This document shows positions 62,325 to 64,000 of a stretch of 64,000 nucleotides of DNA, piece after piece. The notes beneath the pieces were generated by a model, which was not told the DNA's origin, made no database searches, and saw nothing but the letters and a program-made list of their open reading frames with translations. Both the position numbers and the translations under genes were made by a program. The stretch's first letter is position 1, and every line of letters starts with the position of its first letter. The DNA comes from Eubacterium sp. GTDB taxonomy: Bacteria; Bacillota; Clostridia; Lachnospirales; Lachnospiraceae. The stretch is from the NCBI GenBank assembly GCA_045629925.1, contig JAZQSD010000091.1, positions 547-64,546 of the forward strand, written 5' to 3'.

Positions 62325-62981
62325 TTATACCATAGGTTTTAAATCATCAGCAATGATCAGTGTTGCTTCTGTAGCAGCCTGAATTTCTTCTACTGTGAAT
62401 TCTGGGTTGTATTCTTTTAATACAAGACCTGCTGGTGTTACTTCGATAACTGCCATTTCAGTAACGATCAGGTTAACCTGTCCTTTAGCTGTTAATGGTA
62501 ATGTACATTCTTTTAAGATTTTGTGAGCACCCTTCTGTGTGTGTTCCATAGCAACGATAACTCGTTTAGCACCTACTACTAAGTCCATAGCGCCGCCCAT
62601 ACCTGGAACCATTTTGCCAGGGATGATCCAGTTAGCGATGTTACCTTTTTCATCTACCTGAAGAGAACCAAGGATTGTAGCATCTACGTGACCACCACGA
62701 ATGATGGAGAAAGATGTTGCAGAGTCAAAGAACATACCGTCTTTTGCTACGCCTGCAGGCTGTCCACCAGCGTTTACAATATAATCTTTGTCTGGGTTTT
62801 CTGGATCAATAGCTGCTAAGCCGATGAAACCATTTTCAGACTGAAGTGTTAATGTGATGCCTTCTTCAAGGTAATCTGGAACCATAGTTGGAAGACCAAT
62901 ACCTAAGTTTACAACGTCACCGTCGTGAAGTTCTTTCGCTACACGAGCAGCGATAAATGGTTTGATTAACGCTTTATCCAT
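62325..62981 (-). CDS. ctfB: 3-oxoacid/acetoacetate CoA-transferase subunit B
   Basis: [14 protein letters not shown] (catalytic Glu) and GMGGAMDL motifs. Confidence 0.92.
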   Translation of the reverse strand: MDKALIKPFIAARVAKELHDGDVVNLGIGLPTMVPDYLEEGITLTLQSENGFIGLAAIDPENPDKDYIVNAGGQPAGVAKDGMFFDSATSFSIIRGGHVDATILGSLQVDEKGNIANWIIPGKMVPGMGGAMDLVVGAKRVIVAMEHTQKGAHKILKECTLPLTAKGQVNLIVTEMAVIEVTPAGLVLKEYNPEFTVEEIQAATEATLIIADDLKPMV

Positions 62982-62982
62982 C

Positions 62983-63645
62983 TTATGCTTCCTCCTTTAA
63001 TACTAAGTAATCTACGTAGATATGTGGTGTTTCTACGTAATCTGGGCCGATTTCGCCAGCTGGAACGATCTTTTCTACTTCAAAGATTACGATGTCAGCT
63101 GCGGAAGCCATTAATGGGTTAAAGTTACGTGTTGAACCTTTGTAACGGATGTTACCGGATTCATCAGCGATGAAGCCCTGGCAGATAGCTACGTCTGCAT
63201 GTAATGGTTCTTCAAGAACGAATTCTTTACCATTTACTTCAACGATCTGTTTGCCGTCAGCAACGATTGTGCCAAGACCTGTTGGTGTTAAGATACCGCC
63301 AAGACCGTTTCCGCCTGCACGTACTTTTTCAGCAAGTGTTCCCTGTGGAACAAGCACTAAATCTAATTCACCAGCAGAATACTGTTCGCCACACTGTTTG
63401 TTAAGACCTACGTGGGATGCGTATAATTTCTTACACTGACGAGATTCCAGTAATCTACCTGTACCAATGTTCTGGAAACCAGCATCATTACAGATAACTG
63501 TTAAGTTCTGTGCGCCCTGATTAACTACTTCTTCTACAATTTTGTCTGCTGTTCCGTTGCACATGAAACCACCAATCATAACAGTCATGTTATCTTTGAT
63601 GAGAGCAGCAGCTTCTTTTGCAGAAACAATTTTTGTTTTAGCCAT
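62983..63645 (-). CDS. ctfA: 3-oxoacid/acetoacetate CoA-transferase subunit A
   Basis: MIGGF, PQGTLAE..RAGG and RNFNP motifs. Confidence 0.92.
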   Translation of the reverse strand: MAKTKIVSAKEAAALIKDNMTVMIGGFMCNGTADKIVEEVVNQGAQNLTVICNDAGFQNIGTGRLLESRQCKKLYASHVGLNKQCGEQYSAGELDLVLVPQGTLAEKVRAGGNGLGGILTPTGLGTIVADGKQIVEVNGKEFVLEEPLHADVAICQGFIADESGNIRYKGSTRNFNPLMASAADIVIFEVEKIVPAGEIGPDYVETPHIYVDYLVLKEEA

Positions 63646-63924
63646 TTTGAAGCCTCCTGAATAATAATATAATATAAATTTATGAATCTAAAAGCAGCTC
63701 TCACTGCATTTGGATCTATCAGATAGAGTCATTATACCATTTTCACTGTCAAAAGACACTTCTTTTGTCCTCGAAAATGCATTTTCGTAAATTTGTTCCA
63801 ATCAAGATGAATAATTTTTAACAATCTCACTTGTTTATTGTCTATTTTATGGACATGCTAATTTGCCTTATTTTGCCCCTTTTGTAGAAAAACCTTGAAA
63901 AACAACTCTTTTACACATTATGTT

Positions 63925-63975
63925 GCGTCTTATTTTTAGACACCACAAACACGTCAGTGTCTTTATTGTAGACAC
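63925..63975. promoter_or_regulatory. Two tandem palindromic operator/UAS sites
   Basis: GCGTCT-N7-AGACAC (63925-63943) and GTGTCT-N7-AGACAC (63957-63975), 32 bp apart. Confidence 0.6.
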
Positions 63976-64000
63976 CACCATCATGGCATCGTCAAATTGC

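Noticed and set aside
63984-64000. TGGCATCGTCAAATTGC as a sigma54 -24/-12 promoter
   Set aside because: The GG-to-GC spacing is 12 nt rather than the required 10, and the window ends here.

Overview
Core chromosomal segment of a low-GC, spore-forming anaerobic Firmicute; gene content and order suggest Lachnospiraceae/Clostridia. Positions 1-16.4 kb hold the rpmG-secE-nusG-rplK-rplA-rplJ-rplL-rpoB-rpoC-rpsL-rpsG-fusA-tuf cluster on the minus strand, with L1 and L10 leaders. Positions 16.4-34 kb are an accessory block: a 12alpha-HSDH-like SDR with bioY and idi; a thiol/peroxide redox cluster (two thioredoxins, trxB, a minimal ferredoxin:thioredoxin reductase subunit, a ferredoxin-rubredoxin-rubrerythrin fusion) under two matching Crp-type boxes; two Crp/Fnr regulators, a FecCD/Btu-type ABC importer, ccdA-tlpA, pgi, pepT and a DMT/LysR pair. 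Positions 34-46 kb are housekeeping genes (lysS, greA, dusB, coaX, birA, argF, nfeD-SPFH, SleB-type hydrolase, murG, HIT, rhomboid). Positions 46.4-55.7 kb are a Gram-positive Tad/Flp pilus locus, followed by sporulation genes, a bEBP-like regulator lacking GAFTGA and a two-subunit CoA-transferase. The top observation is a 28-bp long-range inverted repeat (48991-49018 / 49287-49314) inside the Tad operon. All three of its mismatches are G-U wobbles in the mRNA. It starts at the stop codon of one minor pilin gene, buries the start of the next and loops out about 270 nt of its leader, making it a candidate RNA switch for pilus expression. No rRNA, tRNA, CRISPR array, transposase or integrase was seen. 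Two genes missing from the ORF track (rpmG and an Flp pilin) were added by manual translation, and several starts were moved to the RBS-supported codon.
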